Notes under the pieces: model-generated | Database searches by the model: none | Seen by the model: only the letters and a program-made list of their open reading frames with translations | Told to the model about the DNA's origin: nothing | IMG/VR virus record: IMGVR_UViG_3300050821_005814 | Location: 32,001 to 96,000 of that record | Origin: a virus | Direction: 5' to 3' (one strand) | Length of the DNA stretch: 64,000 nt | Shown here: positions 1 to 9,040 of the stretch, one piece after another | Layout: every line of letters begins with the position of its first letter | Position numbering within the stretch: the stretch's first letter is position 1 | Made by a program: the position numbers and the translations under genes

Positions 1-2
1 AC

Positions 3-434
3 GTCGAGTAGTCCTGTGCGATAGAAAATTGGACCTTCGCGTCCCCCTTCCCATGACATCTCGAGCGCGGGATTTGATCCCCAGTTGCTACCTTCCCTTA
101 TCATCGGCGGGTCGATATCACGCGTACGACGGTCGCCAGTACCAAATGCCGCTTGCGGGTTGTCTTCGCGCGAACCCTCCTGCATATCATCCTGCATACG
201 CTTCGCACGCTTCAGGAATGCATCACACATTGCTGCTGTCGACGCGGACGGGGGAGGACCTGCGACGAGATCACCAAGCAAGCTCTGCCACAGCGCCCAA
301 GGACCGCCCTGCGAGTCGACGCCAGTGATCGTCCCCTTGTTCTTCGATGCGTAGAACACGGACGTGCCTTCCTTCTCGCCATACTGGCTGCGCATGGATC
401 GAAGTATCTTACGTCCCTTGGCTGACAATGGCAT
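3..434 (-). CDS. Head-associated hypothetical protein (partial, runs off left edge)
   Basis: Read manually: ATG at 434 after GAGGGA; MPLSAKGRKILRSMRSQYGEKEGTSVFYASKNKGTITGVDS..., open to the window edge. The N-terminus resembles small proteins of phage head modules. Confidence 0.7.
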   Translation of the reverse strand, partial: MPLSAKGRKILRSMRSQYGEKEGTSVFYASKNKGTITGVDSQGGPWALWQSLLGDLVAGPPPSASTAAMCDAFLKRAKRMQDDMQEGSREDNPQAAFGTGDRRTRDIDPPMIREGSNWGSNPALEMSWEGGREGPIFYRTGLLD

Positions 435-448
435 CGCTCTATTCCCTC

Positions 449-480
449 AAAGGAAAAACTGCGCCAGTCTCCCAGCGCAG
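449..480 (-). terminator. Rho-independent terminator after the capsid operon
   Basis: Minus strand CTGCGCTGG-GAGA-CTGGCGCAG followed by TTTTTCCTTT. Confidence 0.8.
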
Positions 481-486
481 TTGTAC

Positions 487-1047
487 TCAGGTGTTGGTGA
501 AGTTGGAGTCGCTCTCCTCCAACGCCACGCGCGTTCGCTTTTGACGATTGCGCTTCAGGTCGTCAGCGGCCTGAATCTCCTCTTGATCAAGCGCTGCCTG
601 AATGCGCTGCCGTCGCGTCGCCTCATGCCGCTTCTCTTCCTGGTCCTTGATCGTGCCAGGCGCGGGAGGAATTGGCGGGGGAGGGTTGTCGGTATGCGCG
701 AGTAGGTAGAAGTGACTCGCGTCCTTCTCCGACACGTCATAGTAACCCGGCAACCCGCAGTTCGTTCCCTTGGGATCGAACAACTCCTGCGTATGGTCCT
801 CCCTGTTCAGCATGAAGCGCGAGACAATATGCACGCGCGTCATGCCCTCTGGCGTTGGGACCTGATCAGCAGGCACCTCCTGCTCCTGCGCAGCGTCTTG
901 CGCGCTCTCAGAGGCGGTAGCGGCAGCGTTTGCCGCATTGCCTGCACCAGCCTGGGGGTCCGGCTGCGTCTGCACCGCGGGATCACCTCCCCCCTCATTG
1001 GGCGGCGCTCCACCCTGACCTGCGCCGCCCTGCGGTTCGTCTGCCAT
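487..1047 (-). CDS. Hypothetical virion-associated protein downstream of the major capsid gene
   Basis: 186 aa ORF with AAGGAG SD; low-complexity N-terminus; position after the MCP. Confidence 0.75.
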   Translation of the reverse strand: MADEPQGGAGQGGAPPNEGGGDPAVQTQPDPQAGAGNAANAAATASESAQDAAQEQEVPADQVPTPEGMTRVHIVSRFMLNREDHTQELFDPKGTNCGLPGYYDVSEKDASHFYLLAHTDNPPPPIPPAPGTIKDQEEKRHEATRRQRIQAALDQEEIQAADDLKRNRQKRTRVALEESDSNFTNT

Positions 1048-1076
1048 GCTCGTTACTCCTTTCGCAGTTTGACCCC

Positions 1077-2156
1077 TCAGATGCCGTCCGCGTACTGCAT
1101 CGTCTCAGGGTACACGAGCTCGATGACGCCCAAGCGGCCCCAGTACTCAACGACCTGATGAAGGCCGCGGAACTGAATGGGGGTACGCTGTAGCGGCACG
1201 AGCGGATAGCGCACACGGTCCTTGTCCTTCGTGTACGCGACCATGCGGTTGGTACCGCCAGCCCCTAGGCCCGGCAGCCATTTGACTGGCTGAATGTCCA
1301 GCTCGCGCCCATAAGAAGAGTTGGTGATGCTGTTCTTCTTGATGTACTCGATGATGGAGATATTGCCGGCGTTCGACACCTTCTGCGACGACAAGGTGCT
1401 GAAGTGGATCGGCGGCAGTCGCAGGTGCGTGGGGATCAACGCATATCCAGCGTTCGTCCAAGCCTGCGTCAACAGGAAGTTTACGTCGGCGACGATTTCG
1501 TCTGGCGACTTTGTGATCACACCAGTCGCTGTCACCCACGTCGTTACGCCTTGTGTGCCAAGCGGCACGTTGTAGGGCGTCACGAGCGCGCTGTTGAACA
1601 TGCCCGTCTTGTTGTAGTCGGTATCACCGACATACACCATCTGGTCGATGTCCATCTGGTACTTGAGCTTCATGCCCGCGTACTTCTGCTGATCAACCGG
1701 ACGACCGGTCTTCTCAGCCGACTGCAGTTCGGGCAACGTCCACTTCAGTTCGGTGCCCCACAGCAGCAGCGGGTTGACGACCTTGCCGATGTCCAGCGAG
1801 ATGCCGGAGATCGCAGTCGACTCCTTGCCGATCCAGTTCTTACCGGCCGGGTTGATACCACCAGGCGCGGCGAAGGTCGAGATCGTGTAGGACGAAAACT
1901 CGTCCGCTGCTGTCACGTCTTCCCGCAGATCGATGTCACGACCCCAGGAGACCTGAACGAGGGGCTCATGCAGAGTCTGGTCGAGCCGCTCAAGTTCGCC
2001 GATGAGAAACGCACCCGTACTGTCGATCGTCATCTGGGTGGCTGCATCGTAAGTCATCATCTGGTCCTTCGTGAACTGTCGCACACGAGGACGGATGATT
2101 GCTGGGCGTGAAAGCATGGTCGTATCCGCATACTCAATGCGGCGGAGATTGCTCAT
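1077..2156 (-). CDS. Major capsid protein (DUF2184-like, HK97 fold)
   Basis: 359 aa; FLIGELERLDQTLHEPL, G(A)GGTNRMVAY, YWGRLGVIELVYPETMQYADGI are typical of this MCP family. Confidence 0.92.
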   Translation of the reverse strand: MSNLRRIEYADTTMLSRPAIIRPRVRQFTKDQMMTYDAATQMTIDSTGAFLIGELERLDQTLHEPLVQVSWGRDIDLREDVTAADEFSSYTISTFAAPGGINPAGKNWIGKESTAISGISLDIGKVVNPLLLWGTELKWTLPELQSAEKTGRPVDQQKYAGMKLKYQMDIDQMVYVGDTDYNKTGMFNSALVTPYNVPLGTQGVTTWVTATGVITKSPDEIVADVNFLLTQAWTNAGYALIPTHLRLPPIHFSTLSSQKVSNAGNISIIEYIKKNSITNSSYGRELDIQPVKWLPGLGAGGTNRMVAYTKDKDRVRYPLVPLQRTPIQFRGLHQVVEYWGRLGVIELVYPETMQYADGI

Positions 2157-2217
2157 AACCTTTACCTCTCAATGACTGTTGGACGAAACGACTGCCGCTC
2201 AAGCAGCCAAGGTTGAA

Positions 2218-2745
2218 TTACGGGATACGACCGTTGAAGCTGATCTCCGTGAAGCCGCTTGCATCAGCCGGCCCCATGAAGGTGCAGCCATCGACTGCGA
2301 AACCACTGCCGCCAGGGTTCGCAGCCTCCCAACCGCCGGTGATATGCGTACCAGACGGCGCAGCGGTCCAGACATAGACCTGACCGCCTTTCACGGCGGC
2401 TGTCGACCCTGACAGCAGCACGCTGATGTACCCCTCGCGCAGAATGTCGCAGGGACCCTGCAAGCCAGGCGGCGACCCACCACCGAAGCCATCCTGCGGC
2501 CATGCCGACGACTGCGTCGGATAGGGACGCGCAAGAATGCCATAGACATGCGTGTCAGCAGCCTGCAGCGTGCGCATGTTGCCGACATTGCCTGCCGTCG
2601 CGTCGACAACCATTGGTACGCCATAGCCCGTCGGCGCACCAGTCGTACCTGCTGGCGTGATGACCTGCGCCTCAATCGTCGCAGCCCAAACGCGATTCAC
2701 TTCGCCAACGATGCCCGCTGGCATGCGAGTCAAAAATGCAGTCAT
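2218..2745 (-). CDS. Head decoration/cement protein
   Basis: 175 aa between protease and MCP; MPAGIVGEVNR, YGILARPYP, ILREGYISV, FMGPADASGFTEI. Confidence 0.8.
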   Translation of the reverse strand: MTAFLTRMPAGIVGEVNRVWAATIEAQVITPAGTTGAPTGYGVPMVVDATAGNVGNMRTLQAADTHVYGILARPYPTQSSAWPQDGFGGGSPPGLQGPCDILREGYISVLLSGSTAAVKGGQVYVWTAAPSGTHITGGWEAANPGGSGFAVDGCTFMGPADASGFTEISFNGRIP

Positions 2746-2795
2746 GATCCTTACCTACTCTCCAATGAATGTGAAGACTCGTAGCCGCGGTAGTC

Positions 2796-4400
2796 TCAGG
2801 CGGTGCCGTATGCCTTTCTGTTCATCTCGTTGATGGATGCGACAGTCTTGGCAGCAGTGTCAGCAGTACGACCGCCGCCGAACGTGTGCGCTGAGTTCTG
2901 CATGCCAGCCATCGTTGACGCTGCATTGAATGCGATCGAAATCGCGTCACACGTCCATGCAGTGTCATTGAACGCCGGACGGCGCGTGCCGATGACATCC
3001 TTGACGACCTGCTGCGTCTTCTCCGCCTTGTAGGCAGCATCGAGCACGCGACGCTTGAAGCTGCACATTGCGTCGAATGTCTTGTTGGCAGCCGCGTCCG
3101 CAACAAACGTCGGGAACGTCATGCCTGGCACAAGCTTCTCCGCTTTGGAGACCATGTCATCGAATGGTGCGCGCAGGTTGGTCGAATCACCGACCGCTGC
3201 CCGGCGACGGCGATCGCTTGTACCGCTTGCACGCGGCAAGCTTGGTATATGGCGACCATAGGCTTCGCTGACATCGATCTCGGTCCAACCTTCGGAGTCT
3301 TCCGCCTCCTCCTTGTTGCGCTCACGCCGACGACCGGACTCTTCTTCGCCCTCGAGCTCGCTCTCCGACTCGTCACGCATGCGCGCATCGCGGCTGCGAC
3401 GGTCACGCGTGCGCCGACTGCGATCACGCGTACGCCGGCGATCGCCCATCTCTTCGCGATCGCCGTCCTCGTCATCGTCGTCGTCGGGTTCCGCCCCTTC
3501 CTCCTGCGCGAGCATCGTCAGGATCTTCTCGATCGCATCGAGACGCTGCAAGACATTCGCCATGGGGTCACCGCCAGCAGCAGCGCCGCCTGCGGCAGCA
3601 CCGCCACCTTCCTCGGCATCGTCAGCAGGACGCTCAACAGCACCCCCGCCATTATGCAGGTGCACGTGAACCCCGCCCCCGCTCTCGCCGCCCATCATCT
3701 CATCCGAGATGATCTCACCAAGCATCTCAGGGTCGTGCTCAGCCTCTGTCACGGCAGCGAGGGCGTCGACAACGCTACCCCGCTTGACAGCCCTGCGAAA
3801 CCGATCCATGAAACGCGCACGCTGAACAGACTTTGGAAGTGCCATAGCTTGATCTCCAATTGCACAATGAGGACCGCACCGCCCCCTGTCGACGAGTGCG
3901 ACGTGGTTGCCGACAATGTTGAGGCAGCGTGCGCGGCCGGGCCCAAGCTGCTCATACTCTGCGTCGTATCCGGCCGAAATCTCCTTCTTGCCTGAGTTGA
4001 TTGCCTCAATCGCCTTCTTGTTGGTGACCAGGATGTCACCGAACATGAAGTCGTTGTCATACTGCAGCCCATCGCCACGACGGGGATTGAGGATGGTCCC
4101 CATTTGATAGTCGTGGCAGTTGTCGGGCGTCAGCATACCAATGGGAGGGTGGTCGTCAACGAACGGTTTCCCATTGTAGCTCGCAAGCGTCTGAGGCGCG
4201 AACACCTCCTCCGCATCGCGTTCGACTATAATCAGCCCATCCTTCCCAGCCTCGACTGCCGGGAGTTCATTTGCTGCATAGACTTGTGTGCCAATGCGCG
4301 CGATTGGCACATCCGTGATCAGCAAGAACCCCTCAGGCGTCAGAGCCCTATGGTCGGAGAGCGTCGAGGTTACATAGAACCTCTGCGTTGGCCCTGCCAT
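2796..4400 (-). CDS. DUF2213 prohead protease/scaffold protein
   Basis: TPEGFLLITDVPIARIGTQVY, GKPFVDDHP, EISAGYD, NHVALVDRGRCGPHCAIGD, followed by a charged scaffold-like C-terminal half. Confidence 0.9.
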   Translation of the reverse strand: MAGPTQRFYVTSTLSDHRALTPEGFLLITDVPIARIGTQVYAANELPAVEAGKDGLIIVERDAEEVFAPQTLASYNGKPFVDDHPPIGMLTPDNCHDYQMGTILNPRRGDGLQYDNDFMFGDILVTNKKAIEAINSGKKEISAGYDAEYEQLGPGRARCLNIVGNHVALVDRGRCGPHCAIGDQAMALPKSVQRARFMDRFRRAVKRGSVVDALAAVTEAEHDPEMLGEIISDEMMGGESGGGVHVHLHNGGGAVERPADDAEEGGGAAAGGAAAGGDPMANVLQRLDAIEKILTMLAQEEGAEPDDDDDEDGDREEMGDRRRTRDRSRRTRDRRSRDARMRDESESELEGEEESGRRRERNKEEAEDSEGWTEIDVSEAYGRHIPSLPRASGTSDRRRRAAVGDSTNLRAPFDDMVSKAEKLVPGMTFPTFVADAAANKTFDAMCSFKRRVLDAAYKAEKTQQVVKDVIGTRRPAFNDTAWTCDAISIAFNAASTMAGMQNSAHTFGGGRTADTAAKTVASINEMNRKAYGTA

Positions 4401-4401
4401 C

Positions 4402-4797
4402 TCAGCTATTCGCTACGACAGCAATGGGATTCGTCAGGTTGGCAACGCTCGCCGCACCATTGACGATTGAAATCTTGAGGCTCTGCGCAACGACAGTCAG
4501 CTTCGTGTCGCTGATGAATGCTGTCGCCGCTACGAGCGCTGCTGTGATTGCTGCGCCGTTGTTGATGTTGCCCAACACATCTAAGCACGGCTGGATGGTA
4601 AGCGTCCCCGCATTCGACAGCGTGCCGCCAATCGCAATGTGCGGGTTGCCGCCAGTAGCAACGACAACAGGGCCGAAGGTGCCGCTCGCCGCAATCGTCG
4701 CTGGCCAGGGGATGACGCCGGGTGCCGCGACAGTACCGCTATTCAATTGAATAGCAGCAGCGCTCGCGATCAAGCGCGCTGAAACCGATTCGCTCAT
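4402..4797 (-). CDS. Hypothetical beta-rich structural protein
   Basis: 131 aa ORF coupled to the DUF2213 gene. Confidence 0.7.
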   Translation of the reverse strand: MSESVSARLIASAAAIQLNSGTVAAPGVIPWPATIAASGTFGPVVVATGGNPHIAIGGTLSNAGTLTIQPCLDVLGNINNGAAITAALVAATAFISDTKLTVVAQSLKISIVNGAASVANLTNPIAVVANS

Positions 4798-4816
4798 GGA
4801 ATGCTCACCCTATGGT

Positions 4817-4866
4817 GAAAAGAGGAGGGGTAGCGTGACGGGTGCCGCTAACCCGCACTACCCCTC
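4817..4866 (-). terminator. Long hairpin plus pyrimidine tract; terminator or attenuator candidate
   Basis: GAGGGGTAG 4825-4833 pairs with CTACCCCTC 4858-4866, inner CGGG/CCCG; followed on the minus strand by CTCTTTTC. Confidence 0.5.
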
Positions 4867-4993
4867 AGAAGCGGCGTGGCAACCCCCGAGTATCGATCGG
4901 GGTAGTCGAGGAAGGAGAAAACAGGACGCCAGCAGCATGCAGGTGCCGTGCAACCCACTGCTGACTAAGACCACGGCTTCAGCGTAGGATGCG

Positions 4994-5605
4994 TTAGGTC
5001 GGACGCTCTGTCCAGACGACCTCGCACCCAATGGACGACCCAGCTTGGAACGACGTGGCTGCGCCGTTGATCGCAAGGAAGTTGCCGGGCTTGATGATGA
5101 TGTCCTTGTCGGTCGCTGAGTCCCGCGCCATGTCGAAGATTGCTGCATTGGACGGGCCGGACGACGCGAGCACAGTTGTGCCAAGCAGACCAGCGCGCAC
5201 GATGCCGAGTGATGTGCCAAGCGACGCAGGGTTGGCCGTGTACTTCGCGACGGTTGCAGTCGATGTCGGATCACGCGAGTCATAAGGCGTTGGCGTGACG
5301 GCAGCCGATGTACCACCGGTATTTGCCGTGCTGCGCAGGATGAGCTCAACGAGGTCCGCGCCGTTTGCCGTCGACGCACCAAAGCATGACACATGCCGCA
5401 CATGCACGAACAACGACGGGTTGGACGATCCGGACAATGTCAGGATGTCAGTCGGGGACGCAGCAGGCGTCAAGCCGGTGAAGATCGCCGAGTATGTCGG
5501 GTAGGACGATGGGATGGTGACGACGTTGTCATACGCCATTGCTGGCAGCGCAACAGCGACTGCCAATGCAGCAACGGCTCCGAGGAGGAAACGCCTCATG
5601 ATCAA
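4994..5605 (-). CDS. Hypothetical protein with N-terminal signal-peptide-like segment
   Basis: MRRFLLGAVAALAVAVALPAMA, then a Thr/Ser-rich beta domain. Confidence 0.75.
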   Translation of the reverse strand: MIMRRFLLGAVAALAVAVALPAMAYDNVVTIPSSYPTYSAIFTGLTPAASPTDILTLSGSSNPSLFVHVRHVSCFGASTANGADLVELILRSTANTGGTSAAVTPTPYDSRDPTSTATVAKYTANPASLGTSLGIVRAGLLGTTVLASSGPSNAAIFDMARDSATDKDIIIKPGNFLAINGAATSFQAGSSIGCEVVWTERPT

Positions 5606-5627
5606 AGCTCCTTATGAAAGTTGGTAG

Positions 5628-5990
5628 TCAACGTGAGATCAGAGGGATCTCCCCTCGTAGTTCTGCAAGCGCCCCCGCGATACCCGTCCCTGTCGAATAG
5701 CCATCGGACGGACCAAGAGGCGGCACAGCAGCACCAAACCCCTCCCATGTCTTGATGACCTTAGGAGGGAGTAACGATGAATCGACTGGATAGTCGCCGA
5801 GCTCCTTGACTGCCTCAAGGGCAGTCATCGGCTCAATGCGACCATCCTGGATCAGGCGCATGATTGAATCGACTGTCATCTGCAGTCGATTAGCTTGCAC
5901 AAGCGCGACTACCTGCGCCGGACCGATGAACTCAAGGACCCACACCCGCCGCGCTTGCTCTACTGTCAGCTCCATCAGAAGTTCGTCCAT
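5628..5990 (-). CDS. Hypothetical protein
   Basis: 120 aa, in operon orientation, GGGGGA SD. Confidence 0.7.
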   Translation of the reverse strand: MDELLMELTVEQARRVWVLEFIGPAQVVALVQANRLQMTVDSIMRLIQDGRIEPMTALEAVKELGDYPVDSSLLPPKVIKTWEGFGAAVPPLGPSDGYSTGTGIAGALAELRGEIPLISR

Positions 5991-5999
5991 GCTATCCCC

Positions 6000-6335
6000 C
6001 TATGTTCCGCGAAAGATACCGTCTGTCAGCCACCCATGCCATTTGCATCCATGCGTACGCAAAATAGATGGTGTAGTCGTTGGCTTGTCTTCACTTCCGT
6101 TCCATGCCCATGCCTTCCCATATGCAGGATTGACTGTGACCGCTGCGATAGCGCCGCACCCGCATGGACATGTGAACCACAACGACGCAATCTTACCATC
6201 CGATCCGCGCATCCAGACGCCTGTGCCAGGTTCTAAGTCGCGACGGTAGTATACGCCATCTTCATAGTGCCGCTCCTCGTACTCGAGAAACAGCACTCGA
6301 TAGTCGACAAGCTTGAGCGGCACATCCGCCATCAC
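6000..6335 (-). CDS. DUF6527-like CPCGCG protein
   Basis: FTCPCGCG...WAWNGSEDKPTTTPSI...CKWHGWLTDGIF. Confidence 0.7.
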   Translation of the reverse strand: MMADVPLKLVDYRVLFLEYEERHYEDGVYYRRDLEPGTGVWMRGSDGKIASLWFTCPCGCGAIAAVTVNPAYGKAWAWNGSEDKPTTTPSILRTHGCKWHGWLTDGIFRGT

Positions 6336-6577
6336 ACACCCTTGTGAAAGTGAATGTGTATGCCGCGCTTTGGCTTGAGCTTTTTGACTGCAGGCGCAGC
6401 AGTCGCTGCTTCATCATCATCAGCAGCAAGCGGATCAAAGCCAAGCAACGCGACTACATCGTCTGGCGTCTTCGCTAGCGGCTCATCATCATCCGAACTG
6501 TCATCTTCGGACGGCATCACCTGCTGCTCGCTGATTGCGCCAACATGCACGTCAGGTAGGTCGTCAGACATTTGCAT
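6332..6577 (-). CDS. Small acidic hypothetical protein ending in IHIHFH
   Basis: MQMSDDLPD...TPDDVVALLGFDPL...KRGIHIHFHKGV; overlaps the topoisomerase stop. Confidence 0.65.
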   Translation of the reverse strand: MQMSDDLPDVHVGAISEQQVMPSEDDSSDDDEPLAKTPDDVVALLGFDPLAADDDEAATAAPAVKKLKPKRGIHIHFHKGV

Positions 6578-7535
6578 TGCCCCACGGCGCAAACACGACA
6601 GGCGAGATGTAGCTTTGCAGCGCGACGGTTGGCGTGTTGCCAAGCTTCGCTGCGACGACTTTCGCTACCTGCATGACAGCCTTCTTGTAGCCCGTCGCAT
6701 TTGCAGGCGGTGCGACCTTCGTGACTTCCTTCATCGCAGTCTTGGTGCCAACGAGTGTGCGAAAGTCTTTCGTCTTGAACCCGCCGCCGAATGAGTGCAC
6801 GTAGTCGAGCAAGCTCTTCTGATTGACGTTACCAAACAGGCGGCCGTTGTTTCCCGCTGCCTGCTTACGCTCGCGCAGCATCTTGCTGAGCGATGGGTCT
6901 TCAACTGGTAGGTCCAACGCAACGCCCTTCTTACCAACAAACTTGAGCGACACCTTATTACCCATGACGACTACATGCTGCCCCTCAAGTGTCGTCGCAC
7001 CATATGCCTTCACCTTCGCCTGCGTGTCCGTGTCCGACCCAGGACGCACGCCCATATCCATGATGAGCGCTGTAACATCGCCCAATGCACGATGCGTCGG
7101 GTTGCTGGACTTACGCATCTTCTCATTCTGCAAGCGAATGGTAGACAGCTTCGCGTCAAGTGTCTTGATGCGTGCGAACTTAGCAGCCGCCTGCTTCGCT
7201 GCATGCGACTCGGAGTAGACGTATTGCGTGCGTCCCGCCGCATCCTTGCCCGTCACCTGCAACGGCGCCTGGGGGTCTTCACTATAGGTGACATCCTTCC
7301 ATGCGGGAGGGATGCGTAGCTTGGCTATGTGCGCTGGCAGCTCACCGCCACCCTTCGCCTTGAAGCCGTTGGGGGTCTTCTCCGCTGACGTGTGCCCGCT
7401 AGCACCGCCGCCTTTGGGTGCAAACTCGCCAGCGTTCTCCGGTTGACCCCGCGGATGCTGCGACGACTCCCATGAGACGTCGACAACATGCACAAGCGAT
7501 CCCTTACTATCTAGCCAGAGGTGCACGCTAGGCAT
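6564..7535 (-). CDS. DNA topoisomerase IB (bacterial/viral type) with N-terminal virion-protein-like leader
   Basis: IPPAW, GKDAAGRTQYVY; catalytic residues in GVRPG (R), FVGKKG (K), KDFRT (R), LGNT (N) and SYI (Y). Likely start ATG 7535 overlaps the MuF stop. Confidence 0.93.
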   Translation of the reverse strand: MPSVHLWLDSKGSLVHVVDVSWESSQHPRGQPENAGEFAPKGGGASGHTSAEKTPNGFKAKGGGELPAHIAKLRIPPAWKDVTYSEDPQAPLQVTGKDAAGRTQYVYSESHAAKQAAAKFARIKTLDAKLSTIRLQNEKMRKSSNPTHRALGDVTALIMDMGVRPGSDTDTQAKVKAYGATTLEGQHVVVMGNKVSLKFVGKKGVALDLPVEDPSLSKMLRERKQAAGNNGRLFGNVNQKSLLDYVHSFGGGFKTKDFRTLVGTKTAMKEVTKVAPPANATGYKKAVMQVAKVVAAKLGNTPTVALQSYISPVVFAPWGNANV

Positions 7536-8322
7536 TTGGAATGACAGGCTCCGGATAGCAGCGACAGTTGTAGATAGCACCGGGATGCGCGCGTTCGCCG
7601 TTGCTACCAGCGATTGGCGGGGCATCCCAGCGATGAAACGTACCCTCAAGCTTCTTATGCAGCGGACGCACATTCCAGTCGTGGGCCGTACGCCAGATAT
7701 ATCCCTCAGACCCGATCTGCTTAGCGCGCGCTTGCGTGAGCGTTGTCGCAGCGCGAGTCGTTTCAGTGCGCGCTATCGTGTCAGCGCGCGACTTAGCAAC
7801 CTCACCCGACAACATGATCTGCTTTGCAAGTACTTCTGCCCGCTGACCGCTATAGAGCTGACCCGTCGCAATGGCTTGCACACGCTTCGCTGCTTCAAGG
7901 GGCAGCGATGTGATCAAGTCAACCTGCTCATCAAGCAACTGCCGCATGATCTCGCCAGTCGGCGTTTCAGCGAGCTCCTTGCGCAGCTCAAGCCCCATGA
8001 AGCGCGCGTACTGCGCCCATGCTTTCTCATCGCGACGTGACACGTCAGCAAGTAGTGACGCGGATATCGCGCGCGCCCAGGGACGCAGGATGACGGAATA
8101 CCGATCAAGCAAACGCGTCAATGTGTCCAGGTCATGCGGACTACCGCTCGCCATACCCTTGACGAGATCGCCTATGTGCTTTGCAACGCTGCGTAACTGC
8201 ACCGTGAACTTAACCTCAGCATTGCGTACTCTAGCAAATGCCTCGCGCTCCTTGCGCGTATCCCGCCGCGCGTCACCCACTCTAGCTGCGGGCAACGACA
8301 ACGGCGGGAGAGCATCAGGCAT
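7528..8322 (-). CDS. Phage head morphogenesis protein (MuF / SPP1 gp7 family)
   Basis: RADTIARTET, YIWRTAHDWNVRPLH, HPGAIYNCRCYPEP. Confidence 0.92.
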   Translation of the reverse strand: MPDALPPLSLPAARVGDARRDTRKEREAFARVRNAEVKFTVQLRSVAKHIGDLVKGMASGSPHDLDTLTRLLDRYSVILRPWARAISASLLADVSRRDEKAWAQYARFMGLELRKELAETPTGEIMRQLLDEQVDLITSLPLEAAKRVQAIATGQLYSGQRAEVLAKQIMLSGEVAKSRADTIARTETTRAATTLTQARAKQIGSEGYIWRTAHDWNVRPLHKKLEGTFHRWDAPPIAGSNGERAHPGAIYNCRCYPEPVIPNA

Positions 8323-8331
8323 CGCTTGACT

Positions 8332-8703
8332 TTACGCAGCGGCCGGGGGCGGAGGCGGAGGCGTCGCTGCTGCCACAGCCGCATTGAGGTCATTTGTCAA
8401 CGTCGAGAGCTGACTGGACAGCGATGCCATCTGCGCGAGCTGGGCTGGCGTTGCAGTACCGCCACCTGACGCGACTTCCTGCTGCAAGGTGACGACCTGC
8501 GCAGCAAGCGAAGAGATCTCAGTAGCAGCTCCAGTCACGGCAGTCGTCAGCGTCGCAACGTTTGCCGCTTCAGTCGTCAGTTCGTTCTGCAAGTTGTCGG
8601 ACATCTGTATCACCTTCTGTAGTTGCTGTTGAAGGTTGGCCACCTCCCCCTGGACTATGGCCAACTGTGCAGGTGTCGCCCAGGGTAGTCTAAATAGAGG
8701 CAT
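8332..8703 (-). CDS. Coiled-coil hypothetical protein
   Basis: 123 aa, Ala/Gln/Thr heptads, GAGGAG SD. Confidence 0.7.
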   Translation of the reverse strand: MPLFRLPWATPAQLAIVQGEVANLQQQLQKVIQMSDNLQNELTTEAANVATLTTAVTGAATEISSLAAQVVTLQQEVASGGGTATPAQLAQMASLSSQLSTLTNDLNAAVAAATPPPPPPAAA

Positions 8704-8728
8704 CGGCGATCTCCTCTGCCACTAACCT

Positions 8729-9025
8729 CTATCTGATCGATGGCGTAGGCACGCGATCACAGAGCAGTGACTCAAGCTCTAGCATACGCTTGTGCGAGTC
8801 ATTCAAAAGCTCGGTGAGAGTACGAGCACGATGCTGCACAGTAGGTTGCGCCGCTTTCTTCTCGCTAACGCTGCTCACAGCTTGCAAATGCGTGCCGCGC
8901 ACTTCAACAAGAAGTGTGTCCAACCGATCGCGCAGATTCGATGCGGACATGAGCTGCTCAGACAGCTCTTCCGCAAGGTTGAATGCGCGATCTTCTGTTT
9001 GTCCGGCTTGGTTCATCTGGTTCAT
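8729..9025 (-). CDS. Hypothetical protein
   Basis: 98 aa, GGAGGGAG SD. Confidence 0.7.
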   Translation of the reverse strand: MNQMNQAGQTEDRAFNLAEELSEQLMSASNLRDRLDTLLVEVRGTHLQAVSSVSEKKAAQPTVQHRARTLTELLNDSHKRMLELESLLCDRVPTPSIR

Positions 9026-9040
9026 GCTACTCTCCCTCCT

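Noticed and set aside
7528-7673. MuF-topoisomerase frameshift fusion suggested by the 146-nt ORF overlap
   Set aside because: An ATG at 7535 overlapping the MuF stop explains the gene by ordinary translational coupling, and no slippery site is evident.
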